From NCBI GenBank assembly GCA_965655095.1, contig OZ296651.1, positions 6,200,001-6,264,000 of the forward strand: a DNA stretch of 64,000 nt. The letters are read 5' to 3'. The notes beneath the pieces are model-generated. The model searched no databases and was not told the DNA's origin. It saw only the letters and a program-made list of their open reading frames with translations. Of the stretch, positions 13,422 to 27,949 are shown piece after piece. The translations under genes and the position numbers were made by a program. The stretch's first letter is position 1; each line of letters starts with the position of its first letter. This DNA is from Haplodiscus bocki (lineage: Eukaryota).

Positions 13422-14685
13422 GTAAGATCAATTCATTATTGCAAATTTTATTCGGAGGCAACTACCCAGGTTGAGCTGCAAAGAAACAGAGAGGAAATTT
13501 GGCATTTTTAGCACGACTCAGATGCGCCCAAATGTATCTCAGTACGGTCCAGAGATGCATCAATGGAACCAGCCGAGATAATAAGTTCGGTATCGGGGCC
13601 GTAGTAATTTCTGAAGGCTTCGCTGCGTTTAATTGCATTTATTCAATCGTTTAACTATCAGCCAGCTAAATTAATTGGAGTTGAAGAAGCATCGATTCAA
13701 CCTTTGAGTGTGATTGAAACAACTCTCTCAGCTAATCAGCGTCGGAGCTAGTGACGCAATTGAATAGGAAGGAGGAAAATAGAGCTACAAGCCTCTCAGC
13801 AGCCAGGATGATACGCGGTTTTAATCGGTCCGTTTAAGCATAAAAGTGCCCAATTAGTAACTACACCGCTTTTTTGCTTCCTACAATCGCACTTATGCCT
13901 TAGTTGATGACAGCTGACCCTAAAATCAAACTCCGAATTCCTTCAACTTCAAACTATTTAATGATGAACTTTAAGTCATATAAGAATTTGTTCACATTGT
14001 TTGCTTACTACAGTCAAGGGAAAATGAGTATTTAACAGAAAGCACTTGCTGAAAAATTTTAGAAGATTTTGTTTGATAAATGAGAAATTTATTGAAACTG
14101 TCAGGAGGCTCTACAACTTACAGCGTAGTGGCACTTGATTGCTTTATCACTGCCCATACATGATCACGGGCTCCTTGATGTTTTCCCACGAATACTGGGT
14201 ACGGTACCCACGGTTCTTATTATCATTTTTGAATGAGGACGGCAATGTAAAGAGAGAAAAAGACAAAGAGAACAAAAATGAAAATCAAGCTCAAAAAAGA
14301 TATGAAGTAGAGTATTGCATGGCTTTTTTAACCACCCAAAGAGGATTGTAGCTCATGTTCCCAAGTATTGGTCCACTCGCCAAAACTATATGCAGATTCA
14401 CGTCAACAATCGACTCCTGAATGATGTGACTTACAAGATGTTGATAACAAGTTTCCGGAAAACTTGGCGCTTTCAATTTTAACTTCCAAACTTTTGTCAT
14501 TTCATAAGGAAACTTGTTCCAGATTCAAGAAACTTATTAAAATGAGGCAGAGCTGTGCTTCGCAACAATTGCGTCAACAGAATATTAATGAACTAATCGA
14601 TTCAATAAATCTGAATTTAAGGGGCGATGATACTACGAATACTGCTAAAAGGAAGTGTACAGAAACGCAGTCATTTCTTGTATAT

Positions 14686-14915
14686 TTATACACAAGTACG
14701 AAACGGTAAAATAATTCACTCGCTTGATGTTTTGAAGAAAAATGCTGATTTTCAAGCAGCAATATCATAGTATAGCATGCATCTGCGGCACCAAAGGTCC
14801 CGGTTTCGAGCCTCAGATAAACCCTTGTCTTTGTCAAAAAGTGGGAACTCGTGCGAGTTAAGAACGGATCGGGGAAAAAATCGATGACTGTGATAAAACG
14901 CTTGCTTGCGCAAAA
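14686..14915. mobile_element. Short interspersed element family Y, with a tRNA-like B-box remnant at ~14770-14820; homologous to 37141-37384
   Basis: Shared ttata.acaagta.gaaa, gaacggatcgg and tgata.aac.cttgcttgcgcaa. Confidence 0.6.
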
Positions 14916-17684
14916 TTAAAAAAAGTAGACATATAATTAAATTTTCCAGTTAGTTTCTATGGACTTTTCATTTCCGTCACTTTCGTTTTCCCGTTTTCCT
15001 TCAGTTTAGGCAAGTACCATTTTCCGTTGTGAAATACTGCGAAACGAAAATCATTCACTCAAAAATGAGACTTTTCTCCGCGTGTTTGTCGATTCTAAAA
15101 TAAATTCTCAAGTAACTTCTCGCTTACTTTCTCCGTCGTCATTGCTTGCCTCTATAGCTTGGTGGGCAATGACAAGGACACTCTATCACCGACGTTCGGT
15201 CAGTACGACGGCCTGGGTTCTCTCTCCACTACAGCTGAACTGTTTTCATCGTATTTCTCAATTTCATCCACTTTTACTTTAAAGTAGTTTGAAAGCACCA
15301 GGAAGTTCAATTTTCCGTTTTCAGAACTGTTTTTGCTTTCCTGTGCAAAAATCTGTCAAACTTGAACCATTTGGGTTAAAGTGAATAGTCTAAATGCTCC
15401 AAAAAAACTATATCCAGATTAACGCCGACAATCGAGACGTTAAAAATACGTTCTGGCTAAGCGACAGTCTGACACATTCCTAATTTTCCAAAGGACAAAA
15501 TTTTTGGATTTCGATGAAGTGCAATTTTTATTGGACTCTGGCTAATTCAGCTGCACGACTGCAAGCAGTTCTGAATTTCAATTTCTCATCGATTGCTCGA
15601 TGAAAAGTTCAATTCGAGGACGTTTTAGAAAACTGTTAGTGCGTTAAAAGCCACTTTTGATGTAGAAACTCTAAAATGTCCAAAATCTTGAAATCAATAG
15701 AAATGTTTTCCTTTAGTTTGGAGCAAAACTGTTTTCAATTTGGTTCGGAATTTGCTGTTCCAAATCTCACTGAAGCTTTCGGCTTGGTTCAGGCGGTCAG
15801 TTTTCTTTGAGATGATTCTGATTTTTTCACTCATTACCTAACGAAGTTTTAGAAACTCTGAACTTTCAGTTTGCATTTAATTATCTGATTGGGTGGCCAA
15901 GTTCTTCATCGCGTGTTGGTCTAGTTTTCTCAGGGGTTTCATGAAAAAAATAAAGATTTTCGCAGAACTTAATGCTTTCAGCGTGTAACTTTCGATTTTA
16001 AAATTTTTATAGAGTTGTTCCAGACTCAAGGAAATTCTCGTAGAAGCGGAAGCACGTTTGAATTTCCAAGCAATTTTCGATCGACTTTTTATTCTCATAA
16101 TTTTACGTAGATCGTTTTTCAGTTTGAACACTTACTATTCTCCGTCGCAATTCATTAAGCAAAGACAAACATTCCCTCAGTAGGTAGACTTTCCTCTGAA
16201 CGTCAGCCAATTCTATGCTACTTTCTCAAGTAAAGTCTCCCTTACTTTCATCTTGTTTATTTCTTGCCCGTGTAGCTTACTTGTCAAGGACAGCCAATTG
16301 CCAGCATTGGGTCACTATGAAGGCCCACGTTCTCTTCATTTCACGACCAAACTTCTCTCAATTTGCAATTGTATCAACTTTTACCCAATCCATTAGTCTG
16401 AAAACACCAGCATTTTTCTGTTTTTGTTTTTTTTGGCACCTTTCCAGTTGGACACTTCAAGACTATCTTGGAATGTTTGATTTGAGTTTCGAAAAAAAAA
16501 CGAAAAAACAAAAAAAAGAGGAAAAGGACAGCTTCTCAAACTTTATAAACAATAAAAATTATGATTAAAATAATTGAAGAACAAAATATTAGGAAAAGTT
16601 TTGAATACAATCTGAAACGAAATTTCTAACAGCCATATTATGGTCTTTTCCACGTCTTGAAAAAATCCTCAGCCGGAATATCTTTATGCTTGACCCTTTT
16701 GGCCCAATAAATGAAAATCGAATTGACTTTTCTCTCCAATCAACACCGATTTTCTGCAAAGTTGAGTTAGATTGTTCCTATCATATTCTCAGCCGACAGC
16801 CTTGAGTTTGTTGAACAGCATTCATCACTTAGAACTTGGATATTGCTCTTTGCACATGAATTCTTACAAGCCGATAATGCCAAAAAGATCCATACTTTCG
16901 TTTTGTAGATACTCAAACTCGCTTTCTCGGAAACTACGGGCTTGATTTCATCTAGCAGTTCCTCAGTCGAGTGTCTTCAATTATAGCAGGGAATTCACCG
17001 CAAAGCAACAAAGATTATCGAGTTAGATTTCTGATCAGCAGAACAACGCAAAAGGTGCCATTTGTATTGACAGTAATCGATTGTCAAACCCTCAATTACC
17101 GAAAATACTGGTTTGACAATTTCAATCAAGACATGAACCTGCAGTTCGCAAATTTTTTGTGAAGCATCACCAGTATTCGGTCTTGCATTAGAAAACTGAC
17201 TGCCCGAAAATGCAAAAACTTACTGTGAGTACTGATTTGCCGATTCAATCAAACTCATGTTTTGCTAAAAACACCAGCTTGAATACATCCACCAACGTCC
17301 CAATCAGCAGTTTTCAATCTACATAAAGCACTTCTAATTAGGCCATCATCGCTTTTTGTCCTGAATTTGAAATCTCGGGGACCAAAAGTGCCAAACAATG
17401 ATACAAAGAGGCGACGCTGAGCTCCTCAACACTTGCACCAACGGAATCCTAGTTAACAAGTCCAACATGTATATTTAACATTAAAATGCGTAACAGTACA
17501 AAAATTTTCTGATTAAACATACGAAAAAAAATTTAATTAACTTAGTTAATTCTGACAAATTTATACAAAGGTTTAACAAGTAGGAATTGCTATAGCAGTC
17601 ATTACGACTCAGATTTATAAGAAAAAAGTTAGCACGCCGATAATGAGCCACTTGAACAATTTTCTGCAACTGAGTGAAAGCAAA

Positions 17685-18629
17685 AACAAGACGGCCGGCT
17701 AGCACCGGCATACTTTTCGCCCAAATACAAATATTTTGATCAACATTTGCAAACAGTTAAAAACGAGACTACTGTTTACTATCTAGTTTTCGAAGGTTTC
17801 CTACAAACATCAATTCCACCAATGATTTTTTTAATGAAAAAGAGCGACTGCCATCAAGACTTTTCGATCAAAATTTTTGTCTCACGGTACCGAAAAATTC
17901 TGTCGGGGAACAATTCAGTGTATCAGAAAATTTCGAGTATCCAAAAAGATTTTGCATGAGAAGGAGAAGTCTCGATTTTGTGTCGAAAAATTTTTGTCTC
18001 ACAGTACCAAAAAATTTCGTAGGAGACCCCTTCCGTGTTTCAAAAAAACTCCTGTATCGAAAAATTTCATGCATAGGAGGGGGCATCATGGTATTGTCGA
18101 AAAGTTTTTGTCTCACAGGACCGAAAAACTTCTTAAGGGGACCCTTCTGTGTTTCACAAAAATTCTGGTATCGAAAAAATTTATGGATAAAAGGGGATGA
18201 GGGAGGGAGTATCACGATTCTCTGTCAAATATTTTTGTCTCACAGTGCCAAAAAAATTCGCAGAGGAACCTATCTGTGCTGTGTTTCAGAAAATTTCCAG
18301 TAGCCAAAAAGTTTATGGATAAGGGGGGGGGGTATCAAGATTTTCCCTCGAAAAACTTTTTCTCACAGTGCCGAAAAATTTCGTAGGGGAATCCTTTAGT
18401 GTTTCACTATTTTCGGGTATCGAAAAATGTCAGGGATAAATCGCACAAAATTTCGGCAGGGCAGTGACTCGAACCCCGAACCTATTGCTTGAGAACCTTG
18501 TTGTCCTAATACTACCGCTGTCATTTATTTTTGAAAACAAAAGTTGGCAATTTGGTTTGAAAAAAAAAGAAAAACGACCCTACCGAATAAATAATTTTTC
18601 TTGCACATTACATATGCGGCGAAAAATAA
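17685..18629 (-). mobile_element. Helentron/DINE-like non-autonomous element family H2, with a ~120-bp minisatellite core (5 units) and a tRNA-derived segment
   Basis: Terminus aacaagacggccggctagcaccggc with a hairpin. Sub-terminal IR ttttcgcc / ggcgaaaa. Units tttgtctcacagt.ccgaaaaa at ~17875, 17992, 18107, 18233, 18358. Inverted homologue at 46537-47582. Confidence 0.8.
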
Positions 18630-20849
18630 AAAAAAAACAAAATCTTGCAGGGAGGCGAGAGCAAATCAACAAAAGCTAAGCAAGGTTAGGATTTAGGCAC
18701 CGAAGCAAGTTGTGAACGGTTCGTCAAACAATCCACACAGAAACCTACGACGTAACAATGGCTTGGGCCAACACAATTGGTTATAATTCTTCGACTAATC
18801 GATTTCCGCCTAAAAGAAAGGCTTGATTATCCACCAAGGTGCTAACAAGCAGTTTTTTGAAGCACTTGCAATCTAACGATCACCAATATTAGTCCTTCAT
18901 CGTAGAACTAAACAGCCGAAAGTCCAAAAAACTGCTACTATAAATGATTTTCGTTGTTTATTCTCAAATATCGACTAAAATGAAGGCTGTATTATACCCA
19001 CCAAGATCACAATCATCGATTTTTTAACTGTACAAGCACTTTTAAATAAAGGATAAGCCCTTTTGCGTTTTGAGTTGAAAATCTGGCCAGCCGAAAATGA
19101 CAAAACTTGATATCAGGACTGTCTTCTCACGTAATTTGAAGATATATTTCACCTTACCAAGCCGAAGGAACACCTCCATCAAAGTTACAATCAACAGTTT
19201 CCGATAATCGGATGCATTTTCAGTTTAGCTATGACCATTTTTTCGATATTATTCGACTCCTGATGGGGCCAGAACGCCAGTAAGGGCAACTGGTGATCAA
19301 TTTTTCATGTAATCAAAGTCATGTTTACCCGAAATTACGGACTTGAAAATTTCCATCATTATGTCAATCGACCGCATTCTAATTAAACAAGATACTTGAA
19401 CCAAAATTTCGGCCTGATTTTGAATGCCTGACAGGACCACAGGGCTTTATTGTAGTTAGTCACGATATTCTGCCACAACCAATTCAAATTTTCGGCATAA
19501 CTACGGGGTAAGATCTATTCAATCAAGGTACCTATTGACAGCTGTTCCTAAAAGGTATCAAATTGGTTAAAACTAGAGAGAACCTAATTGCCCGAAAGGG
19601 TCAAAAACTGTAATTCCTGGTTCTGATGTTAAGAAGCAGTGTTCCTTCTGAAAATTTCAGTCTGTTAGTCCAAACAAGCTGGTGTGGATTCGACACATCG
19701 GAGCCCTGTCCACAGAAAATACAGCAGCACCGTTGTGACCCGAGTTTCATTTCGTATTTAAAACTAACACTATGGCTCATCCTCAGCTAACTCTCACTTC
19801 CTATTGTGCCTCAGAACAAGATAATTTGAGCCAAACTGTACAAAGAAAGGATCAATTTGGCTGTAACGGAAACTCCAACTTATCAACGAGCCAACGTTTT
19901 GCAATTGCATATTCCAAATGCAACTTTACCCTTCATTCAATCTTCAATTTTGACTATACGTCAAACCTTGGAATTTCCAGTGACAGCTCTCCGTGACTGC
20001 TTTAGGAACCGGTAAAAATGCGCTACATACGTTTCAAAATTCCTCCAACTTGGAGAAACTCCATAGACACAAACTCCTGTCATACTGCCCTACTTGAACC
20101 TTTATTCAATGAACTCTTGCAATCTAAACGTAAACAAACGTGTTTGGAGAAACACTCCGACAATTATGTCAGAGAAGCATCTGATTAATGAGCTCCAATA
20201 GATAAAAAAGCAAAAAGTACATGCCAACTGGGACATCAAAATTTCCAAGATAGTTCACTAATGTTACCTACCAGATAAAGACAATTCAAGGACCACCTCT
20301 TTTCAAAAACCAACATTGAAATTGATTCGAAACAAAAACTACCACAGTTGCTTTAGTCAACAGTTCAGATGAATTAATTTTTTTTACATGAACAAGGCAA
20401 AAAACCGCATTACATGAATATTTGCCAATGATTTCTCTTCTTTTGACTCTTCCTCTTTTAAATTGTGCACGTAGTTTGTAGTAGCAGTTTGAAATATATG
20501 TGTATTACTTTTCTCATCATTTTACAGAAATTGATGAACATTGCAGACATTTCGTTTCTGCTATGAACCTCTCAAATGGCTCATTCCAGTTAAAAATTCA
20601 AAATGAAGTAGCCTATGCCAAAAAATTTAAAATGAAGCAAAAGTTGATAACCTCATTGAAAATGACCGCCCGTAGATTTTTACGGCAGAACCAAAAAACC
20701 AAACGTCTTAGAAGGCGAACTGAGATCAAGATTTTCAATTGCCGCAAACTGCCAACACTAGAGGTTCCCCACCTCGAGACAAATCGAAACTCTTAGTTTC
20801 CCAGCCAAGATGTGTACTAATTTTTGTAAGTCAACACTTCTGCAAAAAC

Positions 20850-23250
20850 CATCTATGATCAGACTTAGCAGTTGGGGCGCCTAGAAAAAATGATCTTGAA
20901 AATACTCACTTTGATAGAATGGTGTAGATCTAATTCCAGTGATTCATGTATCTTGAATGCTGACTGAAAAAAGAACTTGGATTTTCTGGTTGAATACCAT
21001 GATGTGTTTGTAAAAAGAAGCTCTGAAGTGCGTAATAAAAAAGCTCAAGATTAAACTCACGCTCAAAACCGACATCCGGTGTATGTTTGAGGTCCACCAG
21101 CTCCCACCGACATGTGATAAAATTTCAGTTGGGGTAGCATTCCTTCATATTAAAACGATAGTCTCCCATACGAAATACAGTACTCTAAGGTTTTTTTAAC
21201 GCAAATCAACCAACATAGATGTTTTCACAAATTAAAGCCGCCTTAAACATCTACGACAAGATTATTCGAATAGCAAAAGTTGACGCCTGACCTACAGCAC
21301 AAGTTTCTACGCAATTCTTGGAGGCTAATTCCGTCGGAATTATTACCGTTGGCAAAAACATTCCGGAACCATAAACTTGTTTGACTCTTCAAGATAATCG
21401 GTCCTAAAACTCTGAGCACGTAATGTGTGTTTGGAACGACGAAAAATGACTTTACGTTGTACAATTATTCCTATCGCTCTTTCATCGGAAAGATTGAGAG
21501 CTGAACAATTTCTCAAACAAATTAGAATACCCAATACTGCGAAACAAATGAAGCACTTAATAGGCTTTGTAGAGTTCATTTTCGAAACCTCACTCTAAAA
21601 GTTGGCCAAAAACTTCTTCCAATATAAAGTTTGTTAGGCACGAAAATTTATCTTCGACGACCAAAGATAATTACGAAGCTCTCAAACCATTGAAAACTCA
21701 CTAAACACTTGCTACGATCCTAATCTTACCCTCCAGATTTGAATGCAATTCAATGAAATTTTCCGTTGGCTAAAAGGTGTTCTTGGCCTTGTTCTTTGGT
21801 TGAGTCTTTCTCTGATTTCATTTGCCGCGCCACAAAAACCGGGCTCCGTCTTCCGTGAAAGTGACGGCCTATTTCATTTTTAGGCCAAAAAGTACGCGTA
21901 CATCTCTATGAAACTGCCTAAATCGAGTTTTATCATTTAGTATCTTCCTTGCAGACATTCCTGCTAGAGAAAACTATGTTGCCGATTTTCTTTCAGGAAA
22001 ACAAAAAGATACGGATTTGAGCTCACCAAAAACTTTCGCGTACCAGGTCCCTGAATTTGCAGTTGAAGTGAAGCAAAAGCGCCGGACGTACCTTTGTCTA
22101 ACAATGTTCAAAAAGACTTTTGATGATGAAATTCCTAACGGAGTTCACGAAAAGCTGATGAACGAATTGAAAGCGCACTCTCTCTTGAACCAAATTTTAG
22201 ACACAACATGATTCGAGCATTTTGATTACAAATTTCCTTCTTTTCAAGTGGTTCCCCAAGTAGATCTGATTGAATCTTCAGAATTTGTGAAATATCGTGA
22301 TTTACCTAACCGACCACAATTACATATCTCAGCGTAACAAAATTATTGAAAAACTAAATTTATCGAAGAATTGGGCTACTGCTGACTGAACTTCCAATCG
22401 GCCATTTGCTTTAGGATAAAACCGAAGACAGTTTGATAGCCCAGTGGTTGAACTTGATAACATATACCGTCTATATTACCATGATCGCAGCAAAATCAAA
22501 CAAAAACTTCAAGTTCAACAAAAAACGTTGGCGAAAAATCTTCTTCCGTCTGCGCAACTCGAAGACTGCAGGACATCCTGCCATTGCTAAGACATTAGCA
22601 GACGACTTTATCTTCCTAACTGTACGGAATTTTTACTATCAAAAATCAGAAATTTTCATGCCAAATTGAAAGAGCTCTGTCAAAACATTTGAAAGCACCT
22701 TTGCAACCAGTATCTTTGCCAATTTCTTAACCTGTCGAAACACTTCCAATTGATTTAGTGAGACCATTGAATTCGCCATTTCAACAACCAGATTTTACAG
22801 CTACCGATGTTTGCTGATCAGTATGACAAATGTCATAGTAGACACTATAGCGCGAAATTTAACTTCAATAATCATGCGACATAAATACTTAATGCAAACA
22901 GATCTTTCTGATTTGGGTACTCTTTTGTAGCCGAATGAAAGAACGGAATAACGAAAGCACTCGAAATGAAGTTGCAAAATGCATGTTTAAGAAAGCAAAA
23001 ACGTTGGGCGTGGTTGAACGCTGTGATAAGGCACTAGATCGTTTTCTTAAGCTGAATACCAACGAACAACAGAACGACGGGTATAAATACTCCATTTAGC
23101 AACATTAATTCAAAATACTCCTCCTCAGCAAATGACTGGTACTACAGTTCTTCCATGGCCGTGGGCCAATCAAACATTCAAATATGCGATTCGAAAACAC
23201 AACGACTCTCACCAAATAAAGATATTTCTTTTTGCCTCACAAGACGTTAT
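20850..23250 (+). mobile_element. Decayed Ty3/Gypsy LTR retrotransposon pol (RT-RNaseH-integrase), in clusterin intron 2
   Basis: Translated remnants in Gypsy order: FLVEYHDVF (~20985), PNTAKQMKHLIGFV (~21530), IPARENYVADFLS (~21960), RNSKTAGHPAIAKT (~22555), PIDLVRPL (~22745), GVVER (~23010). Confidence 0.85.
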
Positions 23251-23545
23251 GATTAGGAAATTTTTCTAATTGAAACTTAAATTGACTGAATTATCAAATG
23301 AAAAATTCTGCTCATATCTTTTCAACTGATACATTTTCAAAACCAAACGTTCCCAATACACCAAAAAAATTCTCCCCCCCCATTTTAGTACACCTTATGT
23401 TTTTGCTACCAGCTGTTTGCAAGACAAAACTTTCCATGCAGGACCAATAAACAGCGATGACTCTGAGCTGCCAGCGGCTTTTTCATTCCCAAAATGGAAT
23501 GACTGGTTTCCAGAAACAATTACATAGAGTTCTGCGTTATTTTAT

Positions 23546-24028
23546 AACAAGACGGCCGGCTACCACAGCCCTCCAATTTTGTTAAAGATGCCTTTTAAAA
23601 AGCCGAAAGCGCTTTGTTTCAAAATACTTTCTGTCTTCATCGTATTTTATAATTTCTACAAATTTAAAACATTTCTGATTTTTCATCAAAAAAACCTCAG
23701 AATTAAGGTGAAGACATTTTTGAGAAATATTATCAATTGATAGGCATTCTACCGCAATCTTGTCAGCTTTAGCGGTTTTGAAAAAAAATTGAGATTTGAA
23801 AGCTCATTTTTTTTAAAAAAAAACAATTTTGAACGTTTTGAGGAATCTTACTATTTCAGTCTCATTCTACGGCGAATTAGCTACAATTTGGTGAAAAAAT
23901 TTTACGGTCAGAAAGTGTCCGATTAAACCGAACATCGGACATTATCAATTGGCAAACATCGGGTTAAAAAACGTTCGCGTTGAGTGGATGATTTTCCTTC
24001 CATATTTTAAACATGGGCGGGAAAAAAT
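23546..24028 (-). mobile_element. Helentron/DINE-like element family H1, second copy
   Basis: aacaagacggccggct terminus. Collinear with 6640-7141, ending ...cgcgttgagtggatgattttcc...atgggcgggaaaa. Confidence 0.75.
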
Positions 24029-24182
24029 TACGTTATTCGCTGCTTTAGATCTAAAGTTGCTGAATTAAAAATAAATCCTGAAAGGATTCAATTTTGTGAC
24101 AATAGATCAGACAGCTGCATGAACAAAAAACTTTTCTCTCTGATGTCTGAAAAGGACCTAATCCGTTTTTGACGTATTTCAG

Positions 24183-24661
24183 AGCACTCAACGGAGAAGC
24201 TACCAGTGAAGCACAGAAAAATGACAAGTCAGTCTTCGGAGTTGTTTGGGAAGAGACCAAAAATTTACTCAGTGAAGCAGCCTGCAAAGTTTCCTTCGGT
24301 CGCCTGTGCCCAAATAAGGACAAAAGCTCACTTTCAAAAGAGAAGGAGCCCAAACTGTCAGACATTGGCAGTATACAGACTCCGGATTGTAAAGAACTGG
24401 CGGCCAATGTTTCTGGATGTCTCACATTTTTGCCTCTGTGTGAAAACGATTGCATCAATATTGGAATGGGCGACATTTGCCCTCGATGGCTTGATGACTG
24501 GAAAGGTTACAAGAAGGCGTGGTATGTAACAAAAGAGAATCTGCAGAAAGTAATTGAGGAACTGAAAGTGGCCGAAGTGGAGCTGGTCAAAGTCCTTGAG
24601 TCTCACAACCAATTGGCGTTCTCCATCTTGAAAAACTATGGATGGCTCATTCCCTATGCAA
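24183..24661 (+). CDS. CLU-like: Clusterin-family protein, exon 3 (second five-Cys cluster)
   Basis: tttcag| phase 2. CKELAANVSGCLTFLPLCENDCINIGMGDIC versus clusterin [29 protein letters not shown], then KVAE and YGWL..YA as in clusterin FNWVSRLA. Donor A|gtgagt, phase 1. Confidence 0.88.
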
Positions 24662-24769
24662 GTGAGTACGCCTTTTAGCAATTTCGAGGGTGGCACAGCT
24701 CGTTATTGTCATAGCTTTGGCTGTAAGTTGTGCAATCCGATATAAAATGAAGAGGTGACGTATCAACTA

Positions 24770-25745
24770 GCCGACTGGGTGACTTCCCATATCTCCGAAA
24801 ATTAATCGTTCCCGTAACTCCGAATAGAAATCCTATTGGCTGATAGAACATTTCAGTTGCAATTATACCATCTGTATCATCCAATGAAAATTCTGAATTC
24901 TATTTTTACGTTCTAAATTCGAAACTATTTGCACTGATTTTTCGTAAACTAAATGCACAGTTCAAATTCCAATCTGAACACAATTTGGACTGATTTATTA
25001 ATTTTATTTACAGTTTATATTTAAAATTTCCCCTTTTCATTGTTTCATCACTCCCCCGCCCATTGATTTTTCACTCCCTCCCGCCCGTTAATTCTTCAAC
25101 CCCTTCCACCCGTTGCCTCTTCAAATCGATATCCCAATAATGAAATCCAAGAAAAGAAAACACGTTATCTATACAAAAAACTGGCGATTATTAACTGCAA
25201 CGATTGACGCCACAAAACTTTCCCTGAAACTCGGTAACAGAAACTTGAAAAACCACTGAAACACTATATATATATATATCACTTATGCTAAAGTTGAAAG
25301 AAGGGGACTGAAGATTTTGGGGGACTGAAGAAGTGTGTCTGTATGTGGGGAGGCGGGTTGAGGAAGTGTGCGTGTGAGTGTGTGTGTGTGTGTGTGCGCG
25401 CGTGCGTGCATATGTGTGTAGGGAAGGAGTTGAAGAAACGTGTGTGTCTGTGGGGGGGGGGGGGGTTTGAAGAAGTGAGGGGGGTTCAACAAATGAGCTT
25501 GGGGAATAGATAGTTAATTATTTTGAAGTTAACATTTTGATTCAATTTTTATATTGATTCAAATTATTTTTTTTTCATAATTTTGATTTGTAATTGATTG
25601 AACTATTCTCAGTTTTAAGTATTTTAAATTTTCAATTTGATTTTCTGTACCTGTGTTCAATTTTCGGAGTAATGGGTTTAAAATTTGAATTTCGGAGTAA
25701 TTGGAAAAAATCGATTTCGGAGTAATGAATCACAATCGACGACTG
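24770..25745. mobile_element. Foldback/MITE-like imperfect inverted-repeat element containing microsatellites
   Basis: Left arm has ctccgaa and ttcttcaaccc motifs. Right arm has ttcggagtaa x3 and ttgaagaa motifs. C-rich left and G-rich right. Confidence 0.55.
25366..25465. repeat. (GT)n/(GC)n microsatellite and poly-G run
   Basis: Directly visible. Confidence 0.95.
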
Positions 25746-27949
25746 CCCATTAAACCGATTGTTTTATGAGCCGAACTTAGAGTGTTTCTTAAAAACTATT
25801 GGTTGAAGTAGTTTGATTCAGTTAGGTAATATTTCCGAGCGACAAGCTGAAGTCCAATACGCGCAATTCAGATTCGTTCAATACAACAGTCAGTTAATTG
25901 AGCGGTCAGTCAAATGAACGGCACCCAAATGGAGCCAGTGATTCGTGCCACGGCTTTTTAAAACTATCAAAAGTTTTCTATCGTCATTGCCGAAAGACCG
26001 AAGCCAGCAAGTGATAATAGCGCGCCCATGAAAAGCGAGTAAATATAACTCTGTGACTGTGTTGCGGTTATGTCGTGAGGGTGATCATGCCGAATGAAGA
26101 AAGCGAGTGAGTTTATGAAGTAGTACACTGCATTCATTCGCCTGTTTTATTCATTCAGCGTGATAACAATGACTTCGAAGCCGAAAAAACTGCGAACGAT
26201 CTTTGAAATGTCTTGGACAGATAAAAATTTAATCTGCCAATCTGGTGAAAGGGTTTTCTAGTACCATAAAGTTGGGGGTGTCAATACCATTAAGTTGGGC
26301 CTGTACGATTGGGTCGATTGCGGCCCTGCTGATCTCAGTCAGAGTTCTATACATAAAAATTCAAACTCAGATGAGAAAAAATCAAAACCAATATAGTCAA
26401 TAAATTGATCTATCATTAATTCACGCTTAAACATTTTACTCTGAATAATTTAACCATCAAACCTAATGAAAGTAGTAGTTTTTGTTTAGTACTGAGTATA
26501 CCAAAAAAATATATACATTGCCCGTTGGCTTCTAAATACAACTAAACGAACGCAAAGTATGAGTGCTCCTCCGGTAGAATAATTTAACCAATAACCATTC
26601 AAATTTTATAAACCCGAACCGGTTAATCAGATTTCGTGTCCTAAAAAATTTAAAAGGTGAATAACCACTTTCATCCCTATATAGTCATCGATGGCCAATT
26701 CCTCGAAAAATGCCACCATCTTTAAAATAATACAACAGTCTATTTTTAGTGAGAAGAAACACCAGATTTTCCAGTGATTTTTCTAGTCACGTAAAGCTAC
26801 GAACTGCTAAAACTGTTCGGCACCAAAATTCTCACCTTCCAGGGTATGCAATTAACTCCAGGGCCGTTGTTTCAGACCAGCAACGCGATAGAACTTTTAT
26901 ATCTCCGAAAAAACTCTGCAAAGGAATGTACCGAAATTGTTTGAATTAAGGACTTTCTCAGGCAGTATATATACATACTGTCTGACAAAATGAAAATTTA
27001 TATGGAAAATGACATTTCAGATAGCTTTTGCTATGAAATATCATACCAAAGAGCCCCTCTGATAAATTTGCAATTTTTCGAGAAATACCAATTTTTTGTC
27101 CAAAAAGCCACGAATTTCCAAAAACACAGGACCACCCATGAATATTGACTTTACGAGTGGCGCCGACTAGGGCTGTTCCACGCCTGTTTATCTGTGCAGT
27201 ACATTTCCTAGATGTGGAATTTGTCAGAGAAATTTTTGTATACAAGCTTTAAGCTTATAAGCTTTGGAACCGATTTTATACGAAATATCGAAATATTGTT
27301 GAACTCAAACTCGTCAAATTTGACGCTAATTTAACTGAATGTGCCAACTAACTAATGATTTTTGAGTGATTTCAACCAACTTAACTTGACATCACTGCCG
27401 AGTACACTATATTCAAATTCCGTTTGTTAACAAGTCACGCAAAACGAACTTGAAAAAAAATCTAACTCAAAGTTGGTTTCGATCAGCTCGGACTAGCAGC
27501 ATTAGCTAGAGGAGAGACTACAGCTGTTGAAAAGTTGCAACAACTTAACAATGCATTTAGAGGAACGTTTCCACCCAAAAAACCCAGGCCAAAATTCCGA
27601 AGATTAAAACAACCATACCAATTAAAAAATTAAAAGCGTCTTAATAATTAAAGTACCCAAAATACATAAAAGTTGCATAATTACTTAATTGATATCGTAA
27701 TTATGATGCTAAACATTCTTGCTACTAACAACAAAATTCTATACACCATTAGAAATACAAAATTACTACCATATCTACCATCTACTTTGCAAAAACTCAT
27801 TATTTTGGAATCAAAAGAATTTGAAAACTCGAAATTATGCACTAAAATTTTTGGCAAAAACGAAAAAGGCAGATAAATGTGATTACGACAATCAAAGCGC
27901 AAATCTGCATTTCTCACCGGTCTAGTGGAAAAAAATAGGTATTCCAAAT

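Noticed and set aside
17868-18400. CRISPR-like regular repeats and overlapping ORFs (also 46736-47490)
   Set aside because: The inter-repeat sequences are homologous to each other, so this is a ~120-bp minisatellite. There are no cas genes and the context is eukaryotic. The ORFs are repeat translation artefacts.
25283-25492. Pro/His/Thr-rich ORF
   Set aside because: It derives from the (GT)n and poly-G tracts.
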